Positions 12,620 through 26,425 are shown, counted from the first letter of the stretch. The stretch is 64,000 bases of DNA from Tubiluchus corallicola (GCA_030141605.1 JAQGDQ010000275.1:1-64000); one strand, 5' to 3'. Numbers and translations are program-made. Notes: generated from the letters alone by a model not told the origin.

Positions 12620-13308
12620 CTCCTTTCACTTTGCTCATCTGAAGATGAGCTCAGACGGTTTTTTCTGATCTCTTCAATCTTCAATCCATTAGTGGATTTG
12701 TTGCCATTTATTTGTTTAACATCACCAGCCAATGATGAAGATAGACGCTCTTGCTTATTATTGCCAGTCGATACACTCAAACTGCTATTCCATTCTGAGT
12801 CTCCCTGCATTCCCCATCCGGATTTTTCCATCGCCTTCCGAAAGTCTCTTGCGCGGCTGTCCCAGTACTGATTCCTGATTTCGGTGCTATTCCGTTTTTC
12901 CGAATGCTCCTGCCGGAACTTCTCAAAGCGTTGCTGATTCTGCTTCATCATTTCAGAAAACCATTCTGGATATTGGCAGGAAGGCGAGGCCCCTCTGCCT
13001 TGTCCCACAGAAATGTTCTTTGCACTGCTAGAGTTGCGCACTTCCATGGAGCGGCTACTTGAGCTAACAGTGGGTGCTTTGAAACCAAGCCCCAAAGGCT
13101 GGTCAAATTTCATTTTTATCCATTCTGGGTCTACTCCGTCATCGCTGACCGACTCCTTTACATTTTCCCTGGTCACTTTCGTGGAAGTTTTCTTCTTTTT
13201 CTGTCCAGTTTCATCGCGAAATTTTGTTGTGTCACTAAAGACACCAGTTTTTTCATTTTCAGTGCTAATAGTGCCGTCGTCTCCTGTTGAAGACTTTACT
13301 CTGGACGT
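12620..13308 (-). CDS. FGD: FGD-family RhoGEF exon 2 (low-complexity N-terminal region TSRVKSSTGDDG...SDEQSER)
   Basis: ttttttcag acceptor, AG|GTAAGA donor; 689 nt open; longest non-microsatellite ORF in the window; phase 0 to 2. Confidence 0.88.
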
Positions 13309-14793
13309 CTGAAAAAACAAGTACATTTTTAAAATTGCCAGACTGAGACTTTATTGTGAGTAAAGAACAAACCAGTTTGCAAAACCATTAATAACTATTT
13401 GGCATAACAGGGGATTCATCTTGTAAACCAAAATTAGTATTGATCGATCTGTGTAAATTATCTGTATCTTATAGGCCTGACAGCTGTGTTTTGCACACTT
13501 GAAAGACTAGCTTGCCAAGTAACTTGCACAACTGTATCATCATCCCAGTGTATCGGCAGGCAATACTGTTAAACAACATGTTGCCAAAACAACAGATGAA
13601 GATATGCTGCATTCAGCTGCCCCCAATCATATAAACCATTCTTGCACTATTTGTTAAATATCACAAACAATTTTCCACGCAGAAATAGTAAGATTCTGCT
13701 AAAAATGAATCTCAGTATATATCTGCCAACTTCAATTGTATTTAAAAGTACAATATGTTTTTTCAAGTCCCAATACTGTCACGTGATCTTTGACTTTGAC
13801 TCAACTATAACTCAATTCGCCCTAAGCCGCTCATTCCATGTAGGCTTTCCGTAAATATTTTACAAGCCATAGTGGTGCAATAGTCAAAAGAGTGGTTTAG
13901 TTTTGGGCTCTTATTAAAGCCTTTAATATGTCTGTATGAATACATGTACTAGCAGGCATATGAGGTGTCCATGCCAAACATTATGGCCCTCGTTAAGAAG
14001 TTCGAGAAGAAAAAACAAGTCATAGGGGTAAAGAACTTCAGCATTTATACTTTACTCAAGCTTACTACACACAGATACACAGATGTTGTCATCCAGTGCT
14101 GACCACTGACAAGTTGGCTCTCTTAATTGGTAAAATCAGTTGGGTTTTGTGCTGTTAAGGAAGCAAATAGTGATTTCAGAGGTATAGTGCAAAATGTTTG
14201 TATACAAGTCATGTAGATAATGCAGAGAAACTGAAAGTATTCTAAATGACTCAGAAAATTAAAAAAACTTATTTTGTTACAAAGAAAAAACCGCTAAATG
14301 TTAGGATAATAACAAAATTCCGTTAGCAATCACATACTTAATGATTTACACGTACATAACTGAGTGATCACAAATGCACATGTGTTTCAGATGGATGACC
14401 CATAACTACCTGGGTTCAATATTTGCTCACAACAGTTCTATTCGTTATGGCACTTCTCTAATTGTGGCTGTCGTGGTTCATTTAGGTTGGTTATCTTTGA
14501 TAATAAGCCAGGCTCCGGTCTCGTCACAGACATATCATTGTTGAGTAGGCTGGTCATTAAATCACACAAATGCCGTATTTCTGACTTGAAGTAAACCAAA
14601 GTGTATAAAAGCACAGTACTCAGCATTTTCAACACACAGCACAAAAACAATCATAGTATTTTATTCTTTGTACATGACAACAGAGCTGAACCATAACCAT
14701 GCAGTTCACTATTCTCTCTAGCCTGTAGTTGTTGAGCTTGTTCAAACTGCACTGAGCTGTGGCTGTGAGTCAAGACTGCACTCTTAAACTTAC

Positions 14794-14805
14794 CTGTTTG
14801 TTCAT
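14794..14805 (-). CDS. FGD: FGD-family RhoGEF probable first coding segment (MNKQ), within exon 14794-14879
   Basis: tttttttcag acceptor, CAG|GTAAGT donor; in-frame TAG upstream of the ATG in the same exon; phase 0 joins exon 2. Confidence 0.7.
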
Positions 14806-17754
14806 TATGAAAAGGAAGCACAGCAGATGAACTTCACAAACTTTCTCTTGTTTTCCCTAGGTCTGTTTTATAGTAGAACCTGAAAAAAACAGATATCGTA
14901 GAAAAAACCCTTTTGCTGTTTTATGATAAATGCATAAATTTGCATTCTAATAAAGCAAGTTTGTAATCAAAAATATAAATTTTTATGACATCAAAGCATA
15001 AATAACAATAATTTTTCAGCATTTTAGCTTTTTCGTGCAAAATGAATTGCACTTACATGTCAAGTGACCTTCCTATAAACCATAAGCACTATCCACATAT
15101 TTTCATTAAAACCACCATCTATGCTCAATGCACATAAGTCAAAACAAAAAGTTTAATGAGTTTTAGTATTTGCAATAAAACAAACAATAAAATTCATCAC
15201 AGGAAACTCAGCACGCGCCGCAGGATAATTATTCCAGTTTGCAGCTTTACAAAATGCAATACAAGGAACCCAATATAATGATAAAAAGAGCCATGAAAGC
15301 CGTCACAAACTAATGAAATGCACTTTGTTTACTTTATTAATTCATCACACCCAGTTCTGGATGCCTCTGATGTCTAAACTAGCTGTCCAAATGTAATAGA
15401 TACATCATGCAGAGTTTTAAGCCGGGTGGCGAGGATGGGTATTTTCGTTGGCAGTTCACCAAGCTCATTCGACAAAAATTTGCTACAAACATCGTGTACA
15501 GCGTTTCCAACATTTTGTAAGGAAAGCAAATACCCCTGAAATACATTCAGCTGGCTTAATTGCTGACGTGAAAGCAAAAATTTGAACAGATGTAAGGAAG
15601 GGTGGTTCTAAGACGTAAATGAAACGCCGAAAAATCCTAGAGAAAACCGGGAGACAGCTACAACCAAAATTTCCAACAAAATGGCAATGATTTCTACGAC
15701 TGTATGAAGCACTTCATACTTTAACAGATGTTTGAACAGACACTCCATCTAGACATTTTCAATAGATTTTCATAATTATTATTGACTCAATTGACGGCGC
15801 CGAGCGTAGTGTAACAGTAAGACTAAGTGTAAAAAATTTCGTTACAAAATACAATTTCATGTTTTTTTCCCATCAAAATTCCATAGCTCAATGTTTTTTT
15901 TTGCTAAATAATGCAACGACCAACAATAGAATAATAATTGTATTCACAATCTCCACATTTAGTTACGACAGCCGCTAAGCAGAAATAGGATTATGGAATT
16001 AGGCAAATTTAGTTGTTGATTTATTGTCACATAAAATAAAAATAGCATAAAATCAGTTTTTCATTCATCGCCGTCACCGTATCATGTAAGTAGGGCCATT
16101 CTTACGGCCTCGTCGACCAACGTGACAAGGTAAACATTAAAAAGTTGATGAAATTATGAAGAAAGTCGGGAGCCAGGGTTACTTTATAGATTCTGCATTT
16201 TCCGAGCATATTTTTTCTGATTTGGTCAAGTACAGAAAAGACCAAATCAGAATAATAATTTATTACTACTGTGTAGTGTGTACACCTTCTACCATCAATA
16301 TTAGCTTTGCGATTTTTACGCAAGTTAGACATGTAGTTAACAATATGTTTTTTCTGATGATGACATTTTTCTTATTGGTTGTATTTCTTTGCCTTTACAA
16401 CTTTAACTTGGATACGTTCGTTTTCGTACAAATTTTTAATAAATTAATTCTTGAATACAGAAATACAGATACAGCAGTGAGAGATTAAGTTTTAGATTCT
16501 ACCTGTTTTGAGCTTTTCCTTGCACAACTTTCTGTTATTCAATTTTGTCGTGAGCATTAAAGTTATTAAAATAAGAAGATTATAGTCGTTTAAGCCTCAG
16601 ATTTGGATTTTTCCCAATTCCAAAACTGCAAGAAAACTTGAACGATTCATTTAAATGATATCAGCTTTCCAGCAGCCCTACAAGATAATTTTCGTGCATT
16701 TCGTGCAGTCTATTGTGCCCATTGAATTAATACTATAAGGTGTTAGAAGCGCTGCAAAAAGACACTACGGTTTTTACTGATGTATAATTTTTTACAATTG
16801 ACTGAATAACCTGGTTATAGCAGCAGTGAAAACTGGCTTTTCTTAGCGGCGTAAAGAGTTGTTTGCAGAATAGAAGACAAACGTCAATTTCTTGTAGAAA
16901 CACAACGGCAAGGAGCGGCTCAGAGTAAAATGCACCGTGTGTTTTGTTAAAAAACACAACCAGAATGCACTGAACAAATACAACTGAACACGAGCACCAG
17001 AGATGTTGTGTGGGGCCAAGGGCGACCACATTTGATTGAAAAAAGCTCAACTGAAAAGGAAATGAGCATTTTACAATTCATGTTCAAGAGCTAAAAATAA
17101 ATCAGATTGGATACGTTTTTTTTAGTTTAGTACTAAAAAAACATTTCCGGGAAATTAACGAAAGCACAAAATGATCATACGCTTAGCTACAGCTAATATA
17201 ACGAACTATAGTTGGGATAAAATTGCGTCTGACCCTGACATAGAGTTTAGACTAAACACTTGCGCATATAGATACTTTACTTACTAAAGGAATAAACACA
17301 CCCCGTCACCAATAAATCTGAAATTATAGTAAACGTTTACTAACTTTTAATGCTTTTAACGCTGCTAACGAAACGAATCTTTTCTAGTCTCGCATGGCGT
17401 CGTACGACGCTTATAAAACATTATTTTGTAATTACTTATGACCTTTTTATTATTTTTGAGAGCCGATAATCGTTTTCAATCTAAACCAGCTTCGTAATCA
17501 TTTTAGTCATTTTTTTCTTATGACAATCAATAAAGATCTTTGACCGTTGCATTAGTTAATAGAGATGTTGTGTTTTACGATGGACAATAAAGAAGGAAAA
17601 ATTGTTAAGCGATAAGTAATTACTGCGGCAGAAATGTCTGGCTAACGGGTAACAGCTAACAGGATTTGCAATGTTTTTAACACAGAAACAATTTTTATTG
17701 TTGTATTTATTGTGAGTGACAATTTCTAACTGTTACAAATACATATGATGGCAT

Positions 17755-18040
17755 AACAACAATAAGCAATATAAACAACAACAATAAGCAATATAAACAA
17801 CAACGACAATAGTGGTAGCGGCAGTTGCAGCAGCAGCAACAGCAGCAGAAGCAACAACAACAAGAACAAGAACAACAACAACAGCTACAGGCTACAGTAA
17901 CAACAACAGCGACGACAGCAACGACGACGGCGAAGACGATAGAGACAACGACAACAACAACAGCAGCAGTAGCAACAACAACAACAAAAAACAGCAGTGG
18001 CAGCTGCAGCAGCAGCTGCAGCAACAACAACAACAACAAC
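17755..18040. repeat. Compound (CAA/CAG/GAC)n trinucleotide repeat
   Basis: Direct reading; explains the poly-Q/T/N ORFs. Confidence 0.92.
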
Positions 18041-19334
18041 GAGATGGTTTGCGTTTACATTTAGAGAAAGGGAATTAATCGTTGATTTTATTCCCTATTG
18101 TACGTTAGAGTCGCTAACTCCACTTAGAGTTAACATGTTATTATTTTTTACTAATATGTCTAGAAGTATTTAATCTCTGTACTAATTTGGGTTCATTGAG
18201 TTTCCTTTGATACTTTTATAGTAATCATACATACAATGTATATATTCTGTTCATACATACAATGCACCCATAGAATCACACAGCATTAAATTAAATTCGT
18301 GATCCTACATTTTTCACTGAGGTCTGCAATATCACATTTGACAAAATGACTGCTGGCACCCTAATGAAATTTTATTCTGACCAGCTGCAATGCTATCTTA
18401 ATATAAATACGTCAGGGCTGCGCGTATTTATTTAGCCTATCCTGTACAAAACTTTTTTGACTCAACGTTTAACGATGTCCCGCTGAAAGTAATTACCGAA
18501 TTTTAGAAGCCTGCAGAAAAACAGAGTTTCTAAATTGGCATTTCCGCAACCAAAACTGATTTTCTCAACGCTAATTAATTAAGTTAACGTACGAAGGCCA
18601 ACCTGCTACGCTCTCTTATAAGGGCATGTAACAACAGTGATCCAATACGTGCTCCTCTGGGATTATACCCAATTAAATTGGAACAGCTTCATTACTGGAA
18701 GCAGAAAGAAGTATAATTGTAATTAGATGGAATTTTCTACTGGCCGTTTTTGAAACTTGGTAACAATTAAGCACGCGAGGTGTTTGTAAGTTTTACAATT
18801 AGAACTTGCGTTAACGGGGGAGACAAGGCATTTTTAAAATAGATCCCAAAAACTTTCCACTTAAAGTTATATTAGTTTGCATTACGTTTAAGTGTTTGAA
18901 AGACTTATGTAAGTTTATACAGCATTACTGCTATGCGTAATAAGACAGGTAAATAAGTGATGCAGAATTTCAAGACGGTTTTTTAGCTTTACGTAAGTAA
19001 AGCGTTTTATGTGCTTTAATTTAAGCACTGATTAACACTTTGAAAGGAAGTTGAATGAAAAGCTGACAAAACTGCAGGTTGTTTCAGAAGTATCTCTCAA
19101 ATTTGATTTTCAATTGTCTTTACAACTATTCGACCACCGACGTTCATTTTGTACTAAACTCTTTTATTTAGTAGTTGAAAATTTTTCAAGGGTTTATACT
19201 CGATATTTTGTATTGCTTTTTGTTGCTGGCTTGCTAATTCGAGAACAGAAGTATAATATCACTGAATAGCTATGTATAGAAAGGGACGTGCTAAAAGATT
19301 ATGGTGCAAATTAATTTCGCTGTAGTATTCTCTT

Positions 19335-19632
19335 GAAGGCAAGTTTGATGCTACCAGAATTCTCATGACTGAGACTCATGAAGATGGGTTTGACGCTACC
19401 AAAATTCTCATGAAGGCAAGTTCCAGGCTACCAAAATTCTCATGAACGAAACTGATGAAGGCAAGTTTGATGTTACCAAAATTTTCACGAATGAGGCTGA
19501 CGAAGCCAAGTATGATGCTACCAAAAGTCTCAATAATAGGACTTATAAAGCCAAGTTCGATGCCCTCAAAATTCTTAATAATAAGACTTGCAAAGCCAAG
19601 TTTGATACCCGCAAAATTCTCATGAATGAGAC
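19335..19632 (+). repeat. Degenerate 45-bp tandem repeat, about 7 units
   Basis: GAAGGCAAGTTTGATGCTACCAAAATTCTCATGA...; one shortened unit near 19411-19440. Confidence 0.8.
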
Positions 19633-19946
19633 TTCAACTTTGACACTATGAAAAATCTCCTGAATTCAATTCGATGAAAAGATGAACGTCATACGCATTA
19701 GTTAATAAGCTGTAAAGAAAATTGAAAATGAAATTAGTGAAACATGTCTGAAATACCCTGTAAGAATGGAAAGGTTCTCACAAGCACTTCGTCTCGAGTC
19801 ATTAGGTAGGGAAGCTTATTTCTATCATGACTGAATCGATTGCATGTACAAGGACGATGAGGAAACGATAAATGTAGATGCCCTTCTCAAACATAACTCA
19901 TTAACATTTTATTACTAATATTAAAACTGTAAAGCTGAAACATATT

Positions 19947-20346
19947 AATAAGCTTTTTCACAGTTTCATTGTGCGCACGCGCAGTTACTGCAGGTCAAAG
20001 GTTAAGTGTACCACAGCAGTGCGTCTTAACTACAACCGTCAAGTGACAGGTGTATAAAGCGCAAACGTTTGCCTCATCAGTTCAGTAACTTCAGTTGTTT
20101 TATGTGGACTTTACTTAATTATGCATTAGTCTGTGCGTAGAGTGATGTGCCAGCAAGGTCTTGCTTAGGAATAAGAAAAAATGAACTAGGTAAGGTTCTA
20201 GCTAGCTGTCAAAACTGTTACTATTACAATAGCATGGGATGTGAGGCGTTGTCAAGTGTAAAAAAATGCGTAATCTGGTACACTTAACCTTTAACCTTTT
20301 CTTGATCATCATCAAACGCTGGAACTGTGAAAAGAAAAAGCTTATT
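19947..20346 (+). mobile_element. MITE family B, full-length copy (~400 bp)
   Basis: TIR AATAAGCTTTTTCACAGTT...AACTGTGAAAAG(AAA)AAGCTTATT plus internal inverted pair AAGGTTAAGTGTACCA/TGGTACACTTAACCTT. Confidence 0.88.
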
Positions 20347-21678
20347 TTGATGCAATTGTGGTTGAAAAGCCTTAGCTAGCTGTGCGCAACAATTTAGATT
20401 AAATTCAGATTAAATTTCACTTGCATAATAATAAATTCGGTTACACAATTATATGTATAATAGTTTTATAAACTCAAGGAAAGGGTGGCGAACAAACTAC
20501 TACACATAACGAACAAACATAACTAAACATAACATATGGAATTAACATAACTCGCTAACATGCTTCTAGAGTTAAGTAGTAAAAAACTTCTTAATTTGTT
20601 GCTTAAACTGCTTTAACCGAAATTATGAATGACAACATCTATGTATAACATGTCATCTATTATAAATTAAGCAGATACTTTTGATGTAAATATGCAAGGA
20701 GCTCATTATGCAACTGATACAATAGCGTTGTTTGTACCAAGTCTTACACACTGAAACCAGAGATCACAGATTAAACTGTCATCAAAAGATCTTCCTCGCC
20801 TTCGACAGCTATTGTCAACAACACCTACATAACGTTAACGAATGGATCAGTCACACTTTATTTATAGCAGTGTAGCACCTAACGTACGTAGGGCTATTAT
20901 CAAACTATAATAATGTCACCACTCTGTAACTTGAGTCAGGTGGGCGCTGCCAATTACACGAAAACGCTGACATAATATCTTCATAAAACACAAACCCTCA
21001 TAAAATTTTCATGTCTAGTTAGTACGATGCTCACTTATGGTGTATTAATTTTATGATACGTTTGAGAATTAATGATCAAAGCATGAAAGCAACACATTAA
21101 TTAATTTATTCAACTAGTAAGAAAGTAAGTTGAAATAACAGCTGACAAACCAAATAATTCTGCAGTTTAAATTACACGTGTGTCTCGACAATGTGCGCGG
21201 CTCAGCACTTTTTGTTTAATACTCACAATAAGCAGTTTTTGCGCGCTGTACCTAGTACGTTTCCTCGTTGAAGAACGGCTGCGAAATATAAAAGAGCGAC
21301 AGTAATCATTAACACATTAATAAAATGGGAAATTTTCCGTTAAATACACACAGACAGTTCAACCGAGCGTGGTTTCAACTATAGATATACGCTCATCATG
21401 AAAACGTCCGGATCATCGGATGTCAGCGACTCTCCCAGTGAAATTCATTTCGGTTATGATAATCACGTGTTAGCTGCACCAAGGGTTCTGCTACATGTAT
21501 ATACAACGCAGGGTAAAATATGCTAATACTTGCTTACTTAGGCTTGCTAGTTTACTCGGGCTACATCAATAGTTCACATACTTTATTAGACTACACTATT
21601 ATTAGTTTGCAAAATTTTCTCGTTTATAAGCCGGCTCACTCCTCAGCTAGCTACTTCAGTCGGAATATGACATTTACG

Positions 21679-21886
21679 AATTCAGGTAACAAAGTCACAG
21701 GTAAAAAAAAGCCACAGGAACAAAAGCACAGGAAAAAAAGAAATACCCCTAATCTTATCTCTAACCCTAATCCGAACCCTAACCCTAACTCTAACTGTAA
21801 CCAAAATTAATTGTGGCTTTTTTCCTGTGATTTTTTTCTAGCCAGAATTGTGCCCTTTTTCCCTGTAACTTTATTACCGGTCACCA
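21679..21886. mobile_element. Non-autonomous TIR element (Mutator-like) with internal telomere-like CCCTAA repeats
   Basis: GGTAACAAAGTCACAGG / CCTGTAACTTTATTACC inverted ends; subterminal CACAGGAAAAAAAG repeats; ACATTTACG direct repeat at 21670-21678 and 21887-21895. Confidence 0.72.
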
Positions 21887-23510
21887 ACATTTACGGGCGG
21901 ATACCCCAGGGCTGTGAGACGACAATAAAATATTGGTGTTGATTTTGATGCAGAGTCATGGATTCTGAAATCGGTCAGCTTGGCATGAATTCACTCCTCA
22001 GAATTCGACAGTGCAACTTTTTGTAAAAATGTAAAATTATAATACACGTAGTTTAGTTAGAAATCTGTATTACAGGAGTTCACGATCAGGACTTAGTCAC
22101 CTCGCACCCTAGCAGCTTAGATTCTCTTAGAGTGACATGAATCATCCGACTTTTTATTAGTCTAAAGCTGCTTTTCCTCAAGAAGGTTTAACATGCAAAG
22201 AGGTTTTTGTGATTTAGCACGTTGCTGGCTTAGCAAGCCTCATTTTCAGTTTATTGGTGAGTTTTGATCTTTTAGCTCTAGGTGCCTATGATTTGAAATA
22301 AGACAGAATAGCCTCATTTCGTCAAGAACACGGTTTTTGACTTGTTAATACACATACGGTATAAATTATTGCAGGATTTAGAGAGAAGAATATAGTAGGG
22401 TGAAGCCAGACACTGAGAGTGAAGCACGACACAGGGCAGAAGTCATATCTGAACTTTGTAACTGAATTTGTATCACTTGTTTCACCGGATTTCAGGGCTT
22501 AACTGGATCATCCACATGGTGTGCCAGCAGGCAAAGTTTCCCGCTATAGTTCCTAAATGCAAAAGTGCCATAATCCGCGGAAGACTCCTCATAGCCGTTT
22601 TGAGTGGTTCAGAAGGCGCCGAATTTGGCCGTTAACTTCATTTGCCATAAGACGTTTTTGGTCATCCATCGCAGTAATTAGTATGTTTGTGGTTTTTGCA
22701 GTGCATAATTCATCTCGTAAGGGCTGATAACAGAATGGTCTCATAAACATTAAAAAGCAATTTTTAAGCATAACATTTCACTAATACCGTAACCAGATAC
22801 GTGTATTGCAGCACACTAAAACCTATATTGACCTAGGATAATCCCCTGTCAGTTTGCAAAATACCAGTGCTTACTTTTTCCTAATACCCCGTTTTTAAAA
22901 TGATCATTAATATTAACTGATTTACTAAATTTGCTAACTATTAAAAGTGTACATTTGTTTAAACAATTTTACGAAATAAGCAATGCAATAATTCTTAATT
23001 CAGATCGATAAAGTGTAGAAAAGGTACAGGCTGCTTTGAAAATGCATTATAAACATTCACCCAAGCACATTTTTGTTTTTATTTGAGGGGTGTTATACAG
23101 GCACTGATTCTGAATAAAACGAGGTACTTGTTTAATGATAAAAGAAAGGAAGCGCCACCACTCTCTTCGTGGCAAACTGAACAGCAGTTCTGGATATGAA
23201 AACCTGGGGTTTGGTTGATCAATGTTGAGCATTTAGCCAAACAACCACGTTACACGCAATTGCTTTCGTTGCCTTGGGCTATTATCTTTCATCCACTTAG
23301 AACCACAAAAATTTCTATCGTGAAAACACCTTCCTTATATAAGTATATACCCTATGCTCCACAAGGATCCGGTATAGTAATAAACACGCCGATTAAAAAA
23401 TAAAGGAAAAGAGAAAAAAGTAATGAGTCCTTGTATTATCTACTTGAGAGCTTGTTTGAAAATAAGATAGTCCTCTTCTGAGATTTGCCACAGACATAAT
23501 CATAAAGAAA

Positions 23511-23799
23511 ACAAAATACCCTTTAAATCTCAAAGTACTTTTATTTTTTCAGAAGTTTTGTCCTTCGGGAACTTCGTCAGCTGAAGCTACTTGTATTGCC
23601 TTGGTCTTTCAAGATCAGGTGTTTCAAGATCAGGTGTTTCAAGATCAGGTGTTTCAAGATCAGGTGTTTAAAGATCAGGTGTTTCAAGATCTGGTATTTG
23701 AAGATCTAAGCTATACAAGTAGCTTCAGCTGACGAAGACCGTGAAGGACGAAAGCTTCTGGAAGAGTAAAAATGTTTTGAGATTTAAAGGGCATTTTGT
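23511..23799. repeat. Foldback: ~95-bp inverted arms around a 15-bp tandem array (TTTCAAGATCAGGTG, about 7 copies)
   Basis: 23511-23605 is the reverse complement of 23703-23799 (e.g. CTTCGTCAGCTGAAGCTACTTGTAT / ATACAAGTAGCTTCAGCTGACGAAG). Confidence 0.9.
23723..23764 (+). ncRNA. Penelope-type minimal hammerhead ribozyme-like motif
   Basis: CTTCAG-CTGACGA-AGACC GTGAA GGAC-GAAA-GCTT-CTGGAAG: CUGANGA and GAAA cores, imperfect stem II, palindromic AGCT helix III, CAG/CTG stem I. Confidence 0.5.
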
Positions 23800-24119
23800 C
23801 TTGCCTGAAAACATCATCCACACAGCGAGGTTTAGTTGTAATTGCGGGGCGTTCAGAAAACAAATAATTAGCCAGAGCAGCTTAGCTTAAGTGGAACTAA
23901 GTAATTTGCTGACACGACAAACGAAGCACTGGCACGAAAAACAGTCATTGTCCTAAACTAGCTTCAGCACTTACTCTGAAAATGAGATGGATAATATATG
24001 GAGGTATCTGGCCAAATACAAAGTGAGACTTGAATTTACTGTAGCAATTTATGTGGCACCACATTTAATAAAATGTTAAGAACAAGCATTGGCGCTAGTC
24101 TGTAATACTTGTATATTAT

Positions 24120-24455
24120 GGCAAGGATTATGACTTTTTGGTGCCCATAGGCTAATGAAATTATGGGAGCCCTCAGACGGAGCCACCCTTTATTTCTGCC
24201 TACCCGCTTCGAATATTTTTTTACTCGTGATATATTTTAACGACATGTACGTACCTTGAAGTAAACTTATTGGAAATTCTTTAAATAAACTGGAAACGCT
24301 GTGTTTTGTTTAAGAAATGTTCTTTCACAAATACCACTATTTTATTATTTTCTGTAAACCAAAATAGCACCTATTTCAACACAACTGTTGTGAAAAACAG
24401 GTTTTCTACCAGATGTCAGAAAAACGTGAGGGCCTTCAAGCTTGAGGGCCCTATG
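24120..24455 (+). mobile_element. Degenerate DNA-transposon-like repeat; second copy at about 47150-47290
   Basis: Shared GGATTATGAC-TTTTGG...TTGAAGTAAACTT...TTAAATAAACTG...AATACCACTATTTTA; the 47150 copy starts CAGGGCCGGATTA (hAT-like end). Confidence 0.55.
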
Positions 24456-26149
24456 TTAGCGTATAAGATATACAGACACTGATTACAACCTATCATCTTT
24501 GTAGCTATTAATGTTTTGTATGCAACACTGATAGTGTCTGATAATTGATAACATTTATTATCAGACCAAATTATTTAGTCTCTCTTGTGAAATTGTTGAC
24601 CGTAGGTATGTCTTAATTTGTGTCGAGGGTTTCGTCCACAAATTAATCAAATAAAAATCCTATGACGATCTAACAGTAAAGCATATAGGGCTAGCCAATT
24701 AACTTTTGTAAAAAAAGTAAATGGCGACGATGAACTGAAATTACATCAGCGATCAGCAAAAACACATTGAAACATAGAGATACGAGGTCATTCAGATCAC
24801 ACTGAATAGTTTCACTGACTTCGCAGTTTCAAGAAACTTTGTGCACACTGGACACTCATTGATTCATCCTAATGGCCTCGACTCGTGCGCGGGACTCAAT
24901 TTGCATGAATCACTGCGCGCTAAAAAATTTTCAACGAGTAAACATGTGTTATTCGTAAGCATCGTGCAAGTAGTTCATAATGGCTTCTTTGAATCCATAT
25001 ATACTGGCTCAGTTTTGCAGTTTGTCTGACAATTGCTAGAAAAAAATATCAGCCTTTCACACAGGGCATAATCTTCTTTCTCGTAACCATTAAAGGATTA
25101 ATTCACTGTCATTATGCACTCATCCTATGTCATTACATTACGGACAGGCACATTATCGACACTTGTCCACAGATCAAACTCTGACCCAATAATATTAGCG
25201 ATGTAATGTCACTAATGTGCGAAGCTAGGCAGAGTCAAGCACGGAATAAGTAAGTTAATATACAAGGTTTATGATGGATATACTATTGACAAATCAGGAA
25301 TTTTATGCCCGGAAAGTATTCTAGTTGGAATGTATAGGGCAAGACAAGCAGTTTTAAACTAGATCCCAAAAAACTTTGTTAAGGCACAAAGTCATATTAC
25401 TTAGCATTACAGTTACCTGCTTGAAAGACTCATGTAACTAAAAAAGAAAATTCTTGATAATTTAAAATGTTCGCGCCAACTGGTAAAACGTCACTGACTC
25501 ACCTTCCCAGTGTTCACCACTGACTCACCAAAAACGTACCTTCAATCTTATTGACAAGATTCAGTAATTGATACTTTTGCGTATTAGTGACGTGTACGCT
25601 ATGAATGCGCTGATTACTTTTTCAAACTTTGCAAACTGTTTTATAAATAATTATATTGTTTTTTTTAGCTGTCCTTGTGCTTTAAAATTTAAAGACAGTA
25701 CAATCAATTTTGGATCTGAACTTGCGGTCCTCCTATGAACTGCACCTAACCGTTAACTGTACAGTAACGCAATTTAACATTTGATTTGTCAAGTTCAATA
25801 TTGCTTCAATATTGCTTTTCGATTCACAATATAGGCTTTGTCGCGATGTGCTGATAGGGCAAAGAACCCATTGCAAAGAAAATCCAGAAGATTAGTCTGT
25901 TTAAAATACAGCAGGAGAAAATGTTTCAGTCTGTTTGCTTCCGTAAGTACATTCAGTCGACTTGCTGTAAGGTCAAGAATCTTTGATCTATGAATATTGC
26001 GGTCGGTTCAGAAGACTGCACTTGTTAAAATGACTGGAAATTTGATTAACACGCCACAAGCGGTAGTGGTTTGAAACATTTGCTAGTTTGGCAACATCAG
26101 CAGTGAGATCTTCAACACCAAATATTTATCAAACTTCCATGATATATCA

Positions 26150-26425
26150 AACAACAGTCACTGTAATTGCTATAGCAGCAGTAGCAGCAGCAACAGAACA
26201 GTAGCGGCAACAGCACCAGCAGTAGCTGCAGCAGTGGTAACAACAGCAACAGGAACAGGAACAACAGCAGCAACAGCAGCAGCAACAGCAACAACAACAA
26301 CAGCAGCGGCAACAACAACAGCAGCAACAACAACAGCAAGAGCAACAGTAAGAGCTGCTTGAGTAAAAACAATGACAGCAGCTGCAGCAACTCTTACGAC
26401 GACGACGACAATGATGATGACAACA
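26150..26425. repeat. Compound (CAG/CAA)n repeat
   Basis: Direct reading. Confidence 0.9.

Noticed and set aside
18322-18380. CNITFDKM-CW resembling the class B ECD motif Cx3FDx3CW
   Set aside because: Needs a frameshift, stops soon after, has no CP motif and no good splice sites; likely chance
21747-21802. CCCTAA repeats as a chromosome end or fusion scar
   Set aside because: Short, degenerate and enclosed in a TIR element with a target duplication
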